A program made the translations under genes and the position numbers. The notes under the pieces were generated by a model. That model worked only from the letters and a program-made list of their open reading frames with translations, was not told the origin of the DNA and searched no databases. Positions 53,771 to 64,000 of a stretch of DNA of 64,000 nt are shown here, piece by piece (position 1 is the stretch's first letter; the number at the start of each line of letters is the position of its first letter). The stretch lies in assembly GCA_963764625.1 (NCBI GenBank), contig CAVXTH010000006.1, positions 512,001 through 576,000 on the forward strand. The letters are read 5' to 3'. This DNA is from Candidatus Krumholzibacteriota bacterium (lineage in GTDB: Bacteria; Krumholzibacteriota; Krumholzibacteriia; JAJRXK01).

Positions 53771-54304
53771 TTGAATTCAACGCCTCAAGTCCTCACCGCC
53801 CGCGTGCTGACCGTGAGCGATCGCTGCGCGAAGGGCGAGAAAGTCGATGAGAGCGGTCCCGCTCTCGTGCGGCGGTTGGGCGAACTGGGCTACCAGGTGC
53901 TCGGCTTGGAGCTCGTGTGCGACGGGGAGAATGAGGTCGCGGCCAAGCTCCGAGAAATCTGCACGCGCGAGGACGCGCAGCTCATACTCACCACGGGAGG
54001 CAGCGGACTCGCTTCTCGGGACCAGACTCCCGAGGCGACTCTGCGGCTCGCGCAGCGAGTCGTCCCCGGTCTCATGGAACACGCGCGTCGCGTATGCGCC
54101 GAGATCACCCCCCTGGCCGCCTTGAGTCGAGGAGTGGCGGTCATCGCAGACGCGTCGTTGATCGTGAATCTTCCCGGACATCCCAAAGCGGCATTGGAGA
54201 CTCTGGAAGCCATCCACGAGCTCCTGCCTCACGCGTTGAAGGTCATGGCAAGCTCGAGCGATTGTCCACGGACGGGTCGCGGAGGAAGTGGAGAAGCGGT
54301 ATGA
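53771..54304 (+). CDS. mog: Molybdopterin adenylyltransferase MogA/MoaB
   Basis: LTVSD, DESG, TTGGSG..RDQTPEAT, SRG, NLPG.P. Confidence 0.88.
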   Translation: MNSTPQVLTARVLTVSDRCAKGEKVDESGPALVRRLGELGYQVLGLELVCDGENEVAAKLREICTREDAQLILTTGGSGLASRDQTPEATLRLAQRVVPGLMEHARRVCAEITPLAALSRGVAVIADASLIVNLPGHPKAALETLEAIHELLPHALKVMASSSDCPRTGRGGSGEAV

Positions 54305-56117
54305 AACGAACTTGGTCCCTCACACCTTCCGTGAGGCGCGTCCTGGGACTCTCCATCGGGCTCGTGCTGTCTCTCGAATGCGGCTGGTTAGTTCCCGTCG
54401 CATGCGCCACGGACAATGGTTCCGCTGCAGCGGATACAAGCATGGTTCCTCTGTTGCCGGAGTCGGTTCCGACCGCGCTGTTCATCGCGGGCGCCATGAT
54501 CGAGGGAGGAGATTTCGAGGGCGCGCTCGAACAATACGGATTCGCCCTGAGACAAGATCCCAAGAACCAGGAGATCCTCGACCGCACCGTCGCTCTCGCC
54601 CTGCGCATGGGACGGCTCAAAGACGCGCTCGCCGCGGTGAACATGGGCCTCTACGTTTCAAAAGGCGATCGAGATCTGCGCGTGCAAAAGACGAGATTGT
54701 TGCTTCTGGGCGGGCTCACCGACCAAGCATTTCCGCTCAGCGAGGAGCTGGGGCGCGAGTTTCCCGACGACCCAGAGATCCTTTCTCTGCGGGTGGAAGT
54801 CCTGCAACGTCTCGGACGTCTCAAGGATGCGGTGGCGCTGCAGTCCAAGCGCCTGGAGGAGAACCCGGACGATCCCCAACTCTTGCGGTCGCGGGCGGCA
54901 CTGCTCCTCCGCGCTGGCTCAAAGGAAGAAGGCGAGACCATCCTGAAGGAGCTGCTGGCCAAGGATCCTCAAGACGAGGCGTCGGCGCAGATTCTGGTGA
55001 ATCAATACCGAACCGACGGTCAAGCCGACCAGGCGATCGCCCTTTTGGAGAAACTCCTGGACCAGAATCCCGATGGCGAGACCTATCGGCGACTGCTCGC
55101 GGATCTCTACCTCGGCCAAGGTCGCAACGGAGATGCGTGTGACATGTTGATGCCCCTGGCGCGGGACGGTTCACTCGATCGGCACGGGCAGATTCTTCTC
55201 ACCGATCTCTTGATCCGGCAGGAACGCTACGATGACGCGTGGGAGTTGGCCCAGGGACTCCTGACCGAGAACGAGCAGGATGGGCTGGTCCTGCAGATGG
55301 TGGGGGAGATCGCGCTGGAGAGAGGTGAACTGAGCACCGCGGAAGACACGCTGCGCCGCGCGCTCCAGGTGCGCCCGGACGATCCCGGGATTTTGGTAAG
55401 TCTCCTTCTGGCCATGAGCCGGCACTACCCCGACTTGAGCGGTGGACATCCCGACGCGAAAAAGCACCAACTCGCCTCCGACACCCAGATCCAGGAGCGT
55501 TTCAACCGCCTTCTGGTTGCGGCGCAGGGGAATGTGCAAGCGAAGAGTTTCCGGCAGAATCTCATCCTGGGTTCCTTGCTACGGCGCGCGGATCGATCGA
55601 GCGAAGCGGTGATCCCCTTGGGCCGTGCGGCGGCTCTGCAAGAGGACAACGTGCAGGCCCTCAACGAGCTCGCCTGGGCACAGGAGAGCGCGGGTCTCTA
55701 CCACGAGGCCTGCAAGACTCTCGACGAACTGCTCAAGCTGCGCCCGCACGAAGCGAACGTGCTGAACTTTTACGGATACCTTTTGGCGGACCAAGGTTGG
55801 GAGCTAGAGCGAGCTCAGTCCATGATCGAGGAAGCAGTGCAGGCCGAGCCGAAGAATCCCTACTATCTCGACAGCCTGGGATGGGTGCTCTATCGACAGG
55901 GTCACTACGAAGAGGCGTTGGCGAAGCTCATCGATTCGGCCAATCTGATCGGAGACGACTTGACGGTTCTGCTCCACATGGGACAGGTGCTCTTGTCGCT
56001 GCAGCGCTATGACGAAGCTCGGGGAGTTCTCGAGCGCGCTCTGGCCTTGGGGGGGACAAGGTCGTCCTGGCTCCGCTCATCGAACGCGCGAAGTCCGGAG
56101 GAAGCGATGCTCACTGA
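54301..56117 (+). CDS. Exported multi-TPR protein; the true stop is probably 56117 (missing base in G7 at 56049-55)
   Basis: Signal-like N-terminus, many TPRs, LNFYGYLLAD..YLDSLGWV. Adding one G gives GGDKVVLAPLIERAKSGGSDAH*. Confidence 0.75.
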
Positions 56118-56826
56118 GCGAGTGTGCCTGGTCGTGGCCTGCGTGTTCCTCCTCGGTGGCTGCGGCGCCAAGACAATTCCGCTTCGCGACTCTCCCGACG
56201 CACCCACCGCCCTGCAACTGGCGGCCACTGCGTCGACCCGCTCCTTGCACTTCGCCGGCGAACTAGATGGTGGCGCGCTGGGCTTCGGACCGAGCGTGAA
56301 GATCGAGGCCTGGCTTCGGTCGGATCTCTGGCTGCGGGCGGATCTACGCTACGAGGACGAGGATGGAGAGCCCGGGCACGAGGTCCTCATCTGGGGACCG
56401 CAGAGCGCGGTCCTCTTCGATCGCAGGAAGGGCCGCTTCACCGAGCTGGGCGATCACGCGGGCGAGGTGGAGATTCACGGAGGCGTCTTCTACGTCCGGC
56501 ACGCTCTCTGGTTGGCTCTGGCCCATTGGGTGGGACCGGAGTTGGGCGCCGGACGGGTGGAGGGGGAGAGGTGGCAGGCCCGGGATGGAGCCATGGGAAT
56601 CAGGGCCCTCCTGGGAAAGGACCGGGCCAAGGAGCTGGAACTGGTGTGGCGGGGAGAGCGGCTGCTCGCGCTCCCCAAGAGCTGGACGAAGACCTCCTGG
56701 GGCATGATTCCCCGCGAAACGGAGTTCCAGGGGAGTTTCCTGGACGCCCCGGCCCAGCTTCGATGGAGAGTCGAGGAGATCCCGGTCTTCGCCGATAGCC
56801 TCCTGGACCCTCTCATGCTTCCTTAG
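56107..56826 (+). CDS. Lipoprotein, possibly LolA/LolB-fold (DUF4292-like)
   Basis: GGAGGA RBS, then MLTERVCLVVACVFLLGG-C lipobox and a beta-rich body. Confidence 0.65.
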   Translation: MLTERVCLVVACVFLLGGCGAKTIPLRDSPDAPTALQLAATASTRSLHFAGELDGGALGFGPSVKIEAWLRSDLWLRADLRYEDEDGEPGHEVLIWGPQSAVLFDRRKGRFTELGDHAGEVEIHGGVFYVRHALWLALAHWVGPELGAGRVEGERWQARDGAMGIRALLGKDRAKELELVWRGERLLALPKSWTKTSWGMIPRETEFQGSFLDAPAQLRWRVEEIPVFADSLLDPLMLP

Positions 56827-56831
56827 AGGCG

Positions 56832-56858
56832 GGAACCCGAGTAGGCCGGGGGGGTATA
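56832..56858 (+). promoter_or_regulatory. Candidate ECF-sigma autoregulatory promoter
   Basis: GGAACC-N16-GTATA upstream of the ECF gene. The spacer contains a G7 run. Confidence 0.4.
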
Positions 56859-56969
56859 AAGCTCCAGAATCCGGCCCCGAAGACGAGACCTCGCCCCGGC
56901 GAGTGGAATTCGCGAAGAGGCGGCCGGACTGGTTGTGGCGTTCAGGCACCAGGTGAAACGGCGGCTCTC

Positions 56970-57647
56970 ATGGCGACACAGAGGATGGTGAGACAACTGG
57001 ACCCCAGGCAGAAGCCCGCCTCGCGTGGTGAGTTGAGCGATGAAGAGCTCATGCTCCGCGTGCAGGAGGGTGACAAGTCCTGCTACGACGTCTTGGTGGG
57101 GCGCTACAAGCTGCGTCTCTACAACTACATTTTGCGAATGGTGGGCCGCCCCGACGTCGCCGAGGAAATTGCGCAGGACGCGTTCGTGCGAGCTTACATC
57201 CACGCCGACAAGTACCGCACGATTGCCCGCTTCTCTACCTGGCTCTACACGATCGCGACCAATCTGGTTCGAAATCGCTTCCGGAAGAAGAAGCGGTTGC
57301 CCCAGATTCTCTCGCTCTTCTACAAAGGCGACGGCGACGACGAAGAACGAGCCTTCGAGATTCCCGACAAAGCTCCGAATCCGGAAGAAGCGACGGCCGG
57401 CGCCGAGCTCGAACGGATCATTGCGGAAGCCAGCGCCCAGATTCCCGCGAATTATCGCGAGCCTTTTCTGCTGCGGGAAGTGAACCAACTTTCCTACGAA
57501 GAGATCGCTGCCGTGACCGGTCTCAAGCTGGGCACGGTTCGCAGTCGAATCAATCGGGCGCGCAGCCACTTCCGTCGCATCATCGAGCCCATGCTGCGGG
57601 ATGAATCCCTGATTCCTCCCGACCAACCCTCCACCCCATCCCGCTGA
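56970..57647 (+). CDS. ECF RNA polymerase sigma factor (RpoE/SigW-like)
   Basis: AEEIAQDAF, FSTWLYTIATN, LSYEEIA..GTVRSRINRAR. Confidence 0.93.
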   Translation: MATQRMVRQLDPRQKPASRGELSDEELMLRVQEGDKSCYDVLVGRYKLRLYNYILRMVGRPDVAEEIAQDAFVRAYIHADKYRTIARFSTWLYTIATNLVRNRFRKKKRLPQILSLFYKGDGDDEERAFEIPDKAPNPEEATAGAELERIIAEASAQIPANYREPFLLREVNQLSYEEIAAVTGLKLGTVRSRINRARSHFRRIIEPMLRDESLIPPDQPSTPSR

Positions 57648-57660
57648 GGATTTTGGCATC

Positions 57661-58338
57661 ATGCGTTGCTCCAAGTCCCGAGTATTCATTTCCACCGCAA
57701 TGGACGGTGAACTCAACGATCAGGATCGCGTGGCTCTGGCGCATCACCTGGAGGACTGTGGTGAGTGTGTGTCCTACCAGAGTGATCTCGAGACCTGCCA
57801 CCGGCTTCTCCAGGAGACGGAGAGCGCGCCCTCGGCTCAATTCGAGTGGATGGTGCAGCTCGGCATTCGGAAGGCTCTGCGCGCCCGCGCTTCCGAACGG
57901 GATACCGCAGGGGGAAGATTCTGGCTTCCCGCCAGCGTCAGCGCGTTTACGGTCTTGGTGGTGGTGATGGGTCTGGGTCTCTGGCTCCTTCCTTCTCCTG
58001 GCACTCAGACCGAGTCCGACACGAACGGTCTCTTCGCGGAGATGAAGCCAGCAAACACGAAGACTCCGGCCCTCGGTTTCTCCGCCGCCGAAGAGTTCAC
58101 TCAACTTCAGAAGAAGACGGTAGCCGAGGTTCCGGCCTGGCGGCTGGGCGCGCGACCGGATTGGCGGACTCCTCCTTCTCTCCTCGGTCACGTGAACACG
58201 GTGAATGCTCTTCTCATGGGCTCCTCGGAAGATATCGGTGCCCAACTGCGCTTCGGATCGCGCTATGTCCGCTTGCCGGGACAGGGCGCCGTACCCGTCG
58301 ATAGCTTGCGCCAGGGTGGATCTCCAAGTCCTCATTGA
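57661..58338 (+). CDS. Zinc-binding anti-sigma factor (zf-HC2) with one TM helix
   Basis: C..DGEL..HLEDCGEC (HxxxCxxC), then TM segment AFTVLVVVMGLGLWLL. Confidence 0.88.
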   Translation: MRCSKSRVFISTAMDGELNDQDRVALAHHLEDCGECVSYQSDLETCHRLLQETESAPSAQFEWMVQLGIRKALRARASERDTAGGRFWLPASVSAFTVLVVVMGLGLWLLPSPGTQTESDTNGLFAEMKPANTKTPALGFSAAEEFTQLQKKTVAEVPAWRLGARPDWRTPPSLLGHVNTVNALLMGSSEDIGAQLRFGSRYVRLPGQGAVPVDSLRQGGSPSPH

Positions 58339-58405
58339 CGCGATCGAGCGCTCGGGCTCATATATTCTCCAGGGAGTTTTCGACCGCGCACTGGAGAATG
58401 ATCTC

Positions 58406-59440
58406 ATGGCCAGAATCCAAAGCACCCACTTGGTGATCCTCGGATTGGGCTTCTTGGCCTTCGCTCCGGGTTGTGAAAACGGACAGCCCATGAGCGCTGC
58501 GGTGGGTTCCTACTCGGATATCGCCGTTCTGACCGACATCGCCACTCTGGGTCCGGTGGCGAATCAACTCGATCGAGAGCTCTCCAAAGACGTCGAGTAC
58601 TCCATCCGGCCCGAGCCCCTCTTCAACGTGGACGTCTTCGACTGGAACGATCGGCGCAATGCCGAGGTCTACAAGAACGTCATCGTGGTGGGCCTCCTGA
58701 AAGGGAAGGATCCCGCGAGCCACGAATTGCGCAGCCGGCTGGGCGGAGAGACCATGAGCGATATGGGACATCGCAACTTCTACGTGGCAGTGAAGTCGGA
58801 CGTCTACAGCCGCAACCAGCTCGTGTTCTTCGTCGCGGGCAACGACCGCACCCTCATGCAGAGCGGGTTGGCCAAGAGCATCGACGTCCTCATCCATCGG
58901 ATCGAAAATGAGAACCGCATCCGGCTGCGCCATTTCCTCTTCACTAACGGACACGAGCTCGAGCTCGAGAACAAGATCAGGTCGGAGATGGGTTTCTCCC
59001 TGCAGGTTCCCGCTTCCTATAGGGAGACCAGATTCGAGAAGGGTAAGAAGGACGGTTTGGTCGAGGTCGCCGCGGTCAGGCCCACGCGGACGGCGAGTAT
59101 CTACTATCTCGACGATGCCGACAGCACGATGCTCGACGACCACGACGTCTTGCTGGAGCTTCGGCGGTCCTTCGGCGCGCGCTTCTTGGAGGAGGATCTG
59201 CAAGATACCGCCGGATTCGAGTGGAGCGAAGAGATTTTTGCCGGGAAAATGACCCCGGTGCTCTCCGGCTTCTGGCAGGCGAAGACCGGAGACTACGGCG
59301 GACCGTTCCGAACCTACTTTCTCTATGAGGCCGAGAAGCGGCGCCTATACGCCGTGACCGTCTTGACCTATGCCCCCGGCATGCAAAAGCGTCCCTACAT
59401 CCGTGAAGCCACCTGCGTGGCGGAAACCCTGGTCCCCTGA
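58406..59440 (+). CDS. DUF4837-like lipoprotein
   Basis: Lipobox FAPG-C, EPLF, DVYSRNQ, FSLQVPASY, GFW..GGPF..YAPG..KR. Confidence 0.7.
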   Translation: MARIQSTHLVILGLGFLAFAPGCENGQPMSAAVGSYSDIAVLTDIATLGPVANQLDRELSKDVEYSIRPEPLFNVDVFDWNDRRNAEVYKNVIVVGLLKGKDPASHELRSRLGGETMSDMGHRNFYVAVKSDVYSRNQLVFFVAGNDRTLMQSGLAKSIDVLIHRIENENRIRLRHFLFTNGHELELENKIRSEMGFSLQVPASYRETRFEKGKKDGLVEVAAVRPTRTASIYYLDDADSTMLDDHDVLLELRRSFGARFLEEDLQDTAGFEWSEEIFAGKMTPVLSGFWQAKTGDYGGPFRTYFLYEAEKRRLYAVTVLTYAPGMQKRPYIREATCVAETLVP

Positions 59441-59442
59441 AC

Positions 59443-60513
59443 GTGAACGACTTCGAAGTCAAGCTCATACCCCCGTATCCGGTGCGTCTGAGGCCGACTT
59501 TCAGAGCGACCTGGGAGGCGCTGCGCGAGGATCACCCCGATCGCCGTCTCTTCGTGGTGGCCGATCGTAAAGTCCTGAGGAATCACGCGGGAGCTCTCGC
59601 GGGTTTGAGCCCCTCGGAACGCGAGAGGGTGGTGGAGATCGCGGCGGGGGAAAGGATCAAGAACCTGCGGCATCTTGACGCCCTGGTGTCGCACGCACTC
59701 GACGCGCGCGTGGATCGGCGAACCCTCGTCGTGGCGATCGGCGGCGGGACGGTGGGTGATCTGGTGGGGTTCTTCGCCGCCAGCTACATGCGGGGCCTCG
59801 ACTGGTGTCCCATCGCCACCACCGTGATTTCGCTCGCGGATTCCGCGGTGGGGGGAAAGACGGGCGTCAACGGGTACGGGTTGAAGAATCTCATCGGGGC
59901 CTTCCACCAGCCGCGCGGAGTCTACGGCGCGTTGGAGTCGCTGGAGAGCCTTCCCCAACGCCATCGAGTGGGTGGGCTGGCCGAGGTTCTCAAGTGCGGG
60001 GTGATCGCCGATGCAGGGCTCTTCGAGTTGTTGGAATCCAGGGCGGAAGATCTCCGGATCGAAAACCTGGAATTGTGGGGGGCCATTCTCGAGCGCTCTG
60101 TGCGAGTGAAGGCCGAGGTGGTGGCGCAGGATCCCCGAGAAGCGGGCATTCGGGAGATTCTCAATTTCGGGCACACCCTCGGGCATGCCATCGAAGCCAC
60201 CGCCCGCCCGCGGTTGCACCACGGGGAGGCGGTCGCGTTGGGGATGATTGGCGCACTCAGGATTTCCCAGACGCGCGGACTGGCTCCCTCGGGCACGACC
60301 TCGCGGGTCACCGAAGTCTTGGGCCGGCTCGGCCTGCCGCGAGCCGTCCCGGGAGTGGACATCGAAACTGCTCTGGTAGCAGTAGGTTACGACAAGAAAG
60401 TCTGGGAACGTCGCGTCAGGATGGTCTTGACGGAGGGCATCGGCTCGGCTACCGTCGGCCACGAGGTCGAGTGGTCAGAATTGAGCCAGGCCTTGCAGAG
60501 CCTTCGGGTTTGA
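59443..60513 (+). CDS. aroB: 3-dehydroquinate synthase
   Basis: GGGTVGDL, DSAVGGKTG, KNLIGAFHQP, LNFGHTLGHAIE, HGEAV. Confidence 0.95.
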   Translation: MNDFEVKLIPPYPVRLRPTFRATWEALREDHPDRRLFVVADRKVLRNHAGALAGLSPSERERVVEIAAGERIKNLRHLDALVSHALDARVDRRTLVVAIGGGTVGDLVGFFAASYMRGLDWCPIATTVISLADSAVGGKTGVNGYGLKNLIGAFHQPRGVYGALESLESLPQRHRVGGLAEVLKCGVIADAGLFELLESRAEDLRIENLELWGAILERSVRVKAEVVAQDPREAGIREILNFGHTLGHAIEATARPRLHHGEAVALGMIGALRISQTRGLAPSGTTSRVTEVLGRLGLPRAVPGVDIETALVAVGYDKKVWERRVRMVLTEGIGSATVGHEVEWSELSQALQSLRV

Positions 60514-60564
60514 AGCCAGGCTGTACCAGCATCCGACACCTGGTGTCGAAAGGGAGTCGCGGTC

Positions 60565-61461
60565 TTGCCCAGCCCTTCCCGTGAGGACGATTTGCATCGC
60601 CTCTTGGAACGCTTCGAGGAACAACCGAACGGCCGCATCTTTGCGCCCCTTGCCGATTGCTATCGCAAATTGAACCGATTGGACGAGGCGTACAAGGTGT
60701 CTGTCGACGGGCTCATGCGTCACCCTCGCTACAGTACCGGCTTCGTCGTCCTGGGGAAGATCCATCTCGATCGCCATGAGCTCGAGGAGGCGCGGACCGC
60801 CTTCGAAACCGTTCTTTCCATCGATCCGGAAAATTTGATCGCGCTGCGTGAACTCGCCGAGGATGCGCGCCGGCGAGGGGATCGCAAGCGGGAGAAAGCC
60901 CTGCGGGAGCAGCTTTCCGCGGTGGATCCGGCCGCCGATGAACTCATCGTGGAGACGGAGGAGCGCCCCGAGGCTCCACAGGCTCAGGGGCAAAAAGAGG
61001 TCGAGGAGGAGGCTACCCTCGTGGTGACGCGACTCCACGACCTGAAGCTGGATCAAGACGAGCCCACCGAGCCGATCGTCCTGACCGCCGTGAGCAAGGA
61101 CGACGAGTTTCAGAATTCCAGTGGTGATTTCGATCCCGAGGGAATCTTCACCGGCGAGACCATCGCCACCGTGACCCTGGCCGACGTCTACTACCAGCAA
61201 GGGTTCAAGGCGAAGGCGCTGGAAATGTATCGCGCGGTTCTCACCCGCCATCCCAAGGCCCCCGGGGTCCTGGAGAAGGCCCAGACCATCGAAGAGGAGC
61301 TGTCGAGCCTGGCGCGGCGTTTCGAGGATACAGGGAACGAGCCAACTACCGAAGAGCTGGCCAATCTGGAGAGGGAGAGCCAACCGCCCCAAAAGGAGCT
61401 CGATCCCGACATGGGCGCCTTCCAATCGTGGATCCAAAAGCACGAGAAACGTGAGCCATGA
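60565..61461 (+). CDS. TPR protein of the type found beside aroB/efp in T4P-linked clusters
   Basis: [11 protein letters not shown]...HPRY..LGK, acidic linker, [12 protein letters not shown]. Confidence 0.75.
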   Translation: MPSPSREDDLHRLLERFEEQPNGRIFAPLADCYRKLNRLDEAYKVSVDGLMRHPRYSTGFVVLGKIHLDRHELEEARTAFETVLSIDPENLIALRELAEDARRRGDRKREKALREQLSAVDPAADELIVETEERPEAPQAQGQKEVEEEATLVVTRLHDLKLDQDEPTEPIVLTAVSKDDEFQNSSGDFDPEGIFTGETIATVTLADVYYQQGFKAKALEMYRAVLTRHPKAPGVLEKAQTIEEELSSLARRFEDTGNEPTTEELANLERESQPPQKELDPDMGAFQSWIQKHEKREP

Positions 61462-61919
61462 GCGGAGCGTCGCTGGAGGGCTCCATGCACATCCAGGTTT
61501 TGCACGGGCCCAACCTCAATCTGTTGGGAAGCCGTGAACCTTCTATCTATGGACGGGTGGGCCTGGCTGAAATCGACCGGGCTCTTCACGAGCTCGCGGA
61601 GGAACTCTCGGTCGATCTGGACATTTTGCAGAGCAATCACGAGGGTGAGCTCATCGACTGCATCCAGCGCAGCACGCAGTCCGCGGGATTCCTCATCAAT
61701 CCCGCCGGTTTGGGTCACACGAGCGTGGCCCTGCGGGACGCGCTGCTCGCCGTGAACTTGCCCTTTGTGGAGGTTCATTGTAGTAACATTCTGGCCCGGG
61801 AGAGCTTTCGCCAGTCCACGCTTCTCTGCGACGTGGCGCTGGGTGTGGTGATGGGCTTCGGGCCCGACAGCTACACGCTCGGACTGAGAGCTTTGGTGGC
61901 GCATCTGAATTCAGACTAA
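61458..61919 (+). CDS. aroQ: Type II 3-dehydroquinate dehydratase (alternative start 61485)
   Basis: [35 protein letters not shown]. Confidence 0.95.
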   Translation: MSGASLEGSMHIQVLHGPNLNLLGSREPSIYGRVGLAEIDRALHELAEELSVDLDILQSNHEGELIDCIQRSTQSAGFLINPAGLGHTSVALRDALLAVNLPFVEVHCSNILARESFRQSTLLCDVALGVVMGFGPDSYTLGLRALVAHLNSD

Positions 61920-61946
61920 CCCGATACCGAGTAGGATCATCGATCA

Positions 61947-62504
61947 ATGGCGGATACCAGCGATTTCAGAAACGGCTTCGTGCTCGAGTTGGACACGGGC
62001 ATGTGGGCGATCGTGGAGTTCCAACACGTTAAACCGGGCAAGGGCCCGGCTTTCGTTCGCACGAAGTTGAAGAACGTCGAGAACGGAAAGGTAGTGGACA
62101 AGACCTTTCGCTCCGGGGAAAAAGTGACCGAGGTTCGGCTGGAGGCTCAGGAATTCCAGTATCTCTATCATGATGGCGTCCACCATCATTTTATGAATAC
62201 CGCGACCTACGAGCAGATTCAGCTTCCCCAAGAGGTGCTGAGCGACGCGCTACAGTACCTGAAGGAGAACGACACCGTGAAGCTCCTCATGCGGGGTAGC
62301 GTCGCGGTGACCATCGAGGTCGCAAATTTCGTCGAGCTGAAGATCACCCAGACCGATCCCGGAGTTCGCGGTGATACGGCCCAGGGAGGCAGCAAACCTG
62401 CTACGCTCGAGACGGGCCTGGTCGTTTCGGTTCCCCTGTTCGTCGACGAGGGAGAGACCATTCGCATCGACACCAGGACTGGAAAATACCTCTCCCGAGT
62501 CTGA
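61947..62504 (+). CDS. efp: Elongation factor P
   Basis: [37 protein letters not shown]. Confidence 0.97.
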   Translation: MADTSDFRNGFVLELDTGMWAIVEFQHVKPGKGPAFVRTKLKNVENGKVVDKTFRSGEKVTEVRLEAQEFQYLYHDGVHHHFMNTATYEQIQLPQEVLSDALQYLKENDTVKLLMRGSVAVTIEVANFVELKITQTDPGVRGDTAQGGSKPATLETGLVVSVPLFVDEGETIRIDTRTGKYLSRV

Positions 62505-62529
62505 GCGGAGAGAGCCCGAAGGAGACTCA

Positions 62530-63003
<474 letters not shown>

Positions 63004-63033
63004 CTGAGCTCCCAAGTTGCGAATTCAGGCCAC

Positions 63034-63061
63034 AAAGGGGCGGTCATTTGGACCGCCCTTT
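63034..63061 (+). terminator. Terminator-like hairpin after accB
   Basis: AAAGGGGCGGTC-ATTTG-GACCGCCCTTT. Confidence 0.65.
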
Positions 63062-63168
63062 GCTGCTCCGGGGAACGGGACCGAGCGGCCCCCCCGCACC
63101 CTCCGCCCTGAGGAATCCCGAGGGACGGACGGGAAGCATGAAACCTCTCCTGGAGTGGAGCTGAGATC

Positions 63169-64000
63169 ATGGCCTTGAACATCAAAGCCATTCTGCAACG
63201 TATGATCGAATTGAGGGCGAGCGACCTGCACTTGAAGGTCGGTGTTTGCCCGAACGTTCGCGTCGACGGCAAACTCGAACCTTTGGCCGAATTCGAACCA
63301 CCGACCCCCAAAGACATGCAGCAAGTGGCCGAGAGCATTTTGACCCCTATGCAGCGCGAGGTCTTCGAGGCCACTCGAGAGGTCGACTTCGCCTTCGGCG
63401 TTCCGGGGCTGGCCCGGTTCCGCGCCAACTTCTATGTCCAGAGGGGAAGCACAGCGATGGTGTTTCGCCACGTACCGGTGGAAATCCAACCTCTTGATGA
63501 ACTCGGCTTGCCACCGGTGGTGAGAGAGATGGCCCTTCTCCCGCGTGGACTGGTGCTGGTGACCGGGACCGTGGGATCAGGAAAGTCCACCACCCTGGCG
63601 GGCATGATCGACGTGATCAACGACTCGCTCAACGACAACATCATCACGATCGAAGACCCCATCGAGTTTCTCCACAAAGACAAGCTGAGTATCGTGAACC
63701 AGCGCGAGGTGGGTACCGATACCTCCACTTTCATGGAAGCGCTACGGCACGTACTGCGTCAGGATCCGAACGTGATTCTCATCGGCGAGATTCGCGACGC
63801 CGAGACCATGAAAACAGCATTGACCGCAGCGGATACCGGACACATGGTCTTCTCTACGCTTCACACCATCGACGCGCCTCAGACCATCCAGAGGATCATC
63901 TCCTTCTTCCCGCCGCATCAGCATCAGGAGATCCGTTTACTCTTGGCGAACACCTTGCGCGGGATCATCAGTCAGCGGCTGATCCGCCGGGCCGACAACA
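63169..64000 (+). CDS. Second PilT/PilU-family ATPase, truncated by the window end (missing from the ORF track)
   Basis: Hand translation MALNIKAILQRMIELRASDLHLK..RFRANFY..GTVGSGKSTT..TIEDPIEF..LRQDPNVILIGEIRD..ADTGHMVFSTLH. Confidence 0.92.
   Translation, partial: MALNIKAILQRMIELRASDLHLKVGVCPNVRVDGKLEPLAEFEPPTPKDMQQVAESILTPMQREVFEATREVDFAFGVPGLARFRANFYVQRGSTAMVFRHVPVEIQPLDELGLPPVVREMALLPRGLVLVTGTVGSGKSTTLAGMIDVINDSLNDNIITIEDPIEFLHKDKLSIVNQREVGTDTSTFMEALRHVLRQDPNVILIGEIRDAETMKTALTAADTGHMVFSTLHTIDAPQTIQRIISFFPPHQHQEIRLLLANTLRGIISQRLIRRADN

Overview
A GC-rich, gene-dense stretch of a diderm bacterial chromosome. About 60 genes lie on the + strand and only one (DUF3467-like) on the - strand. 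Gene content suggests a lineage near the FCB group (e.g. Latescibacterota/Krumholzibacteriota/Eisenbacteria/Gemmatimonadota-like); this is inference only. The order is: a very large beta-barrel protein plus an Omp85-family partner; ligA; dinG; hutU-hutI; a TPR protein; a plug-containing beta-barrel; comEA; a complete Myxococcus/Geobacter-style type IVa pilus locus (pilBTC-pilSR, two pilins, ABC/pilG-like, pilD, pilMNOPQ); aroCK-rsmD-coaD-pta-aminotransferase-obgE-dprA-lpxL; hldA/hldC-sucCD-ndk; yceD-rpmF-plsX-fabDG-acpP-fabF-rnc; an orphan Cys-rich gene; mog; TPR plus lipoprotein; ECF sigma/anti-sigma; DUF4837-like; aroB-TPR-aroQ-efp-accB; and a truncated second PilT. I found no tRNA/rRNA, CRISPR, integrase or IS. 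The most notable signals are: (1) six sigma-54 -24/-12 elements, three with a similarly spaced TGCA-N3-TGCA-type upstream motif, one of the six preceding an unassigned 162-aa Cys-rich protein; (2) an uncharacterised SprA-like barrel/Omp85 pair; (3) a barrel-ComEA pair heading the pilus locus, with DprA nearby; (4) a ~27% GC island inside the 3' coding end of obgE; (5) eight single-base frameshifts in seven genes, five of them in the pil locus, most likely assembly or strain-mixture artefacts. All family assignments come from reading motifs by eye, with no database search.
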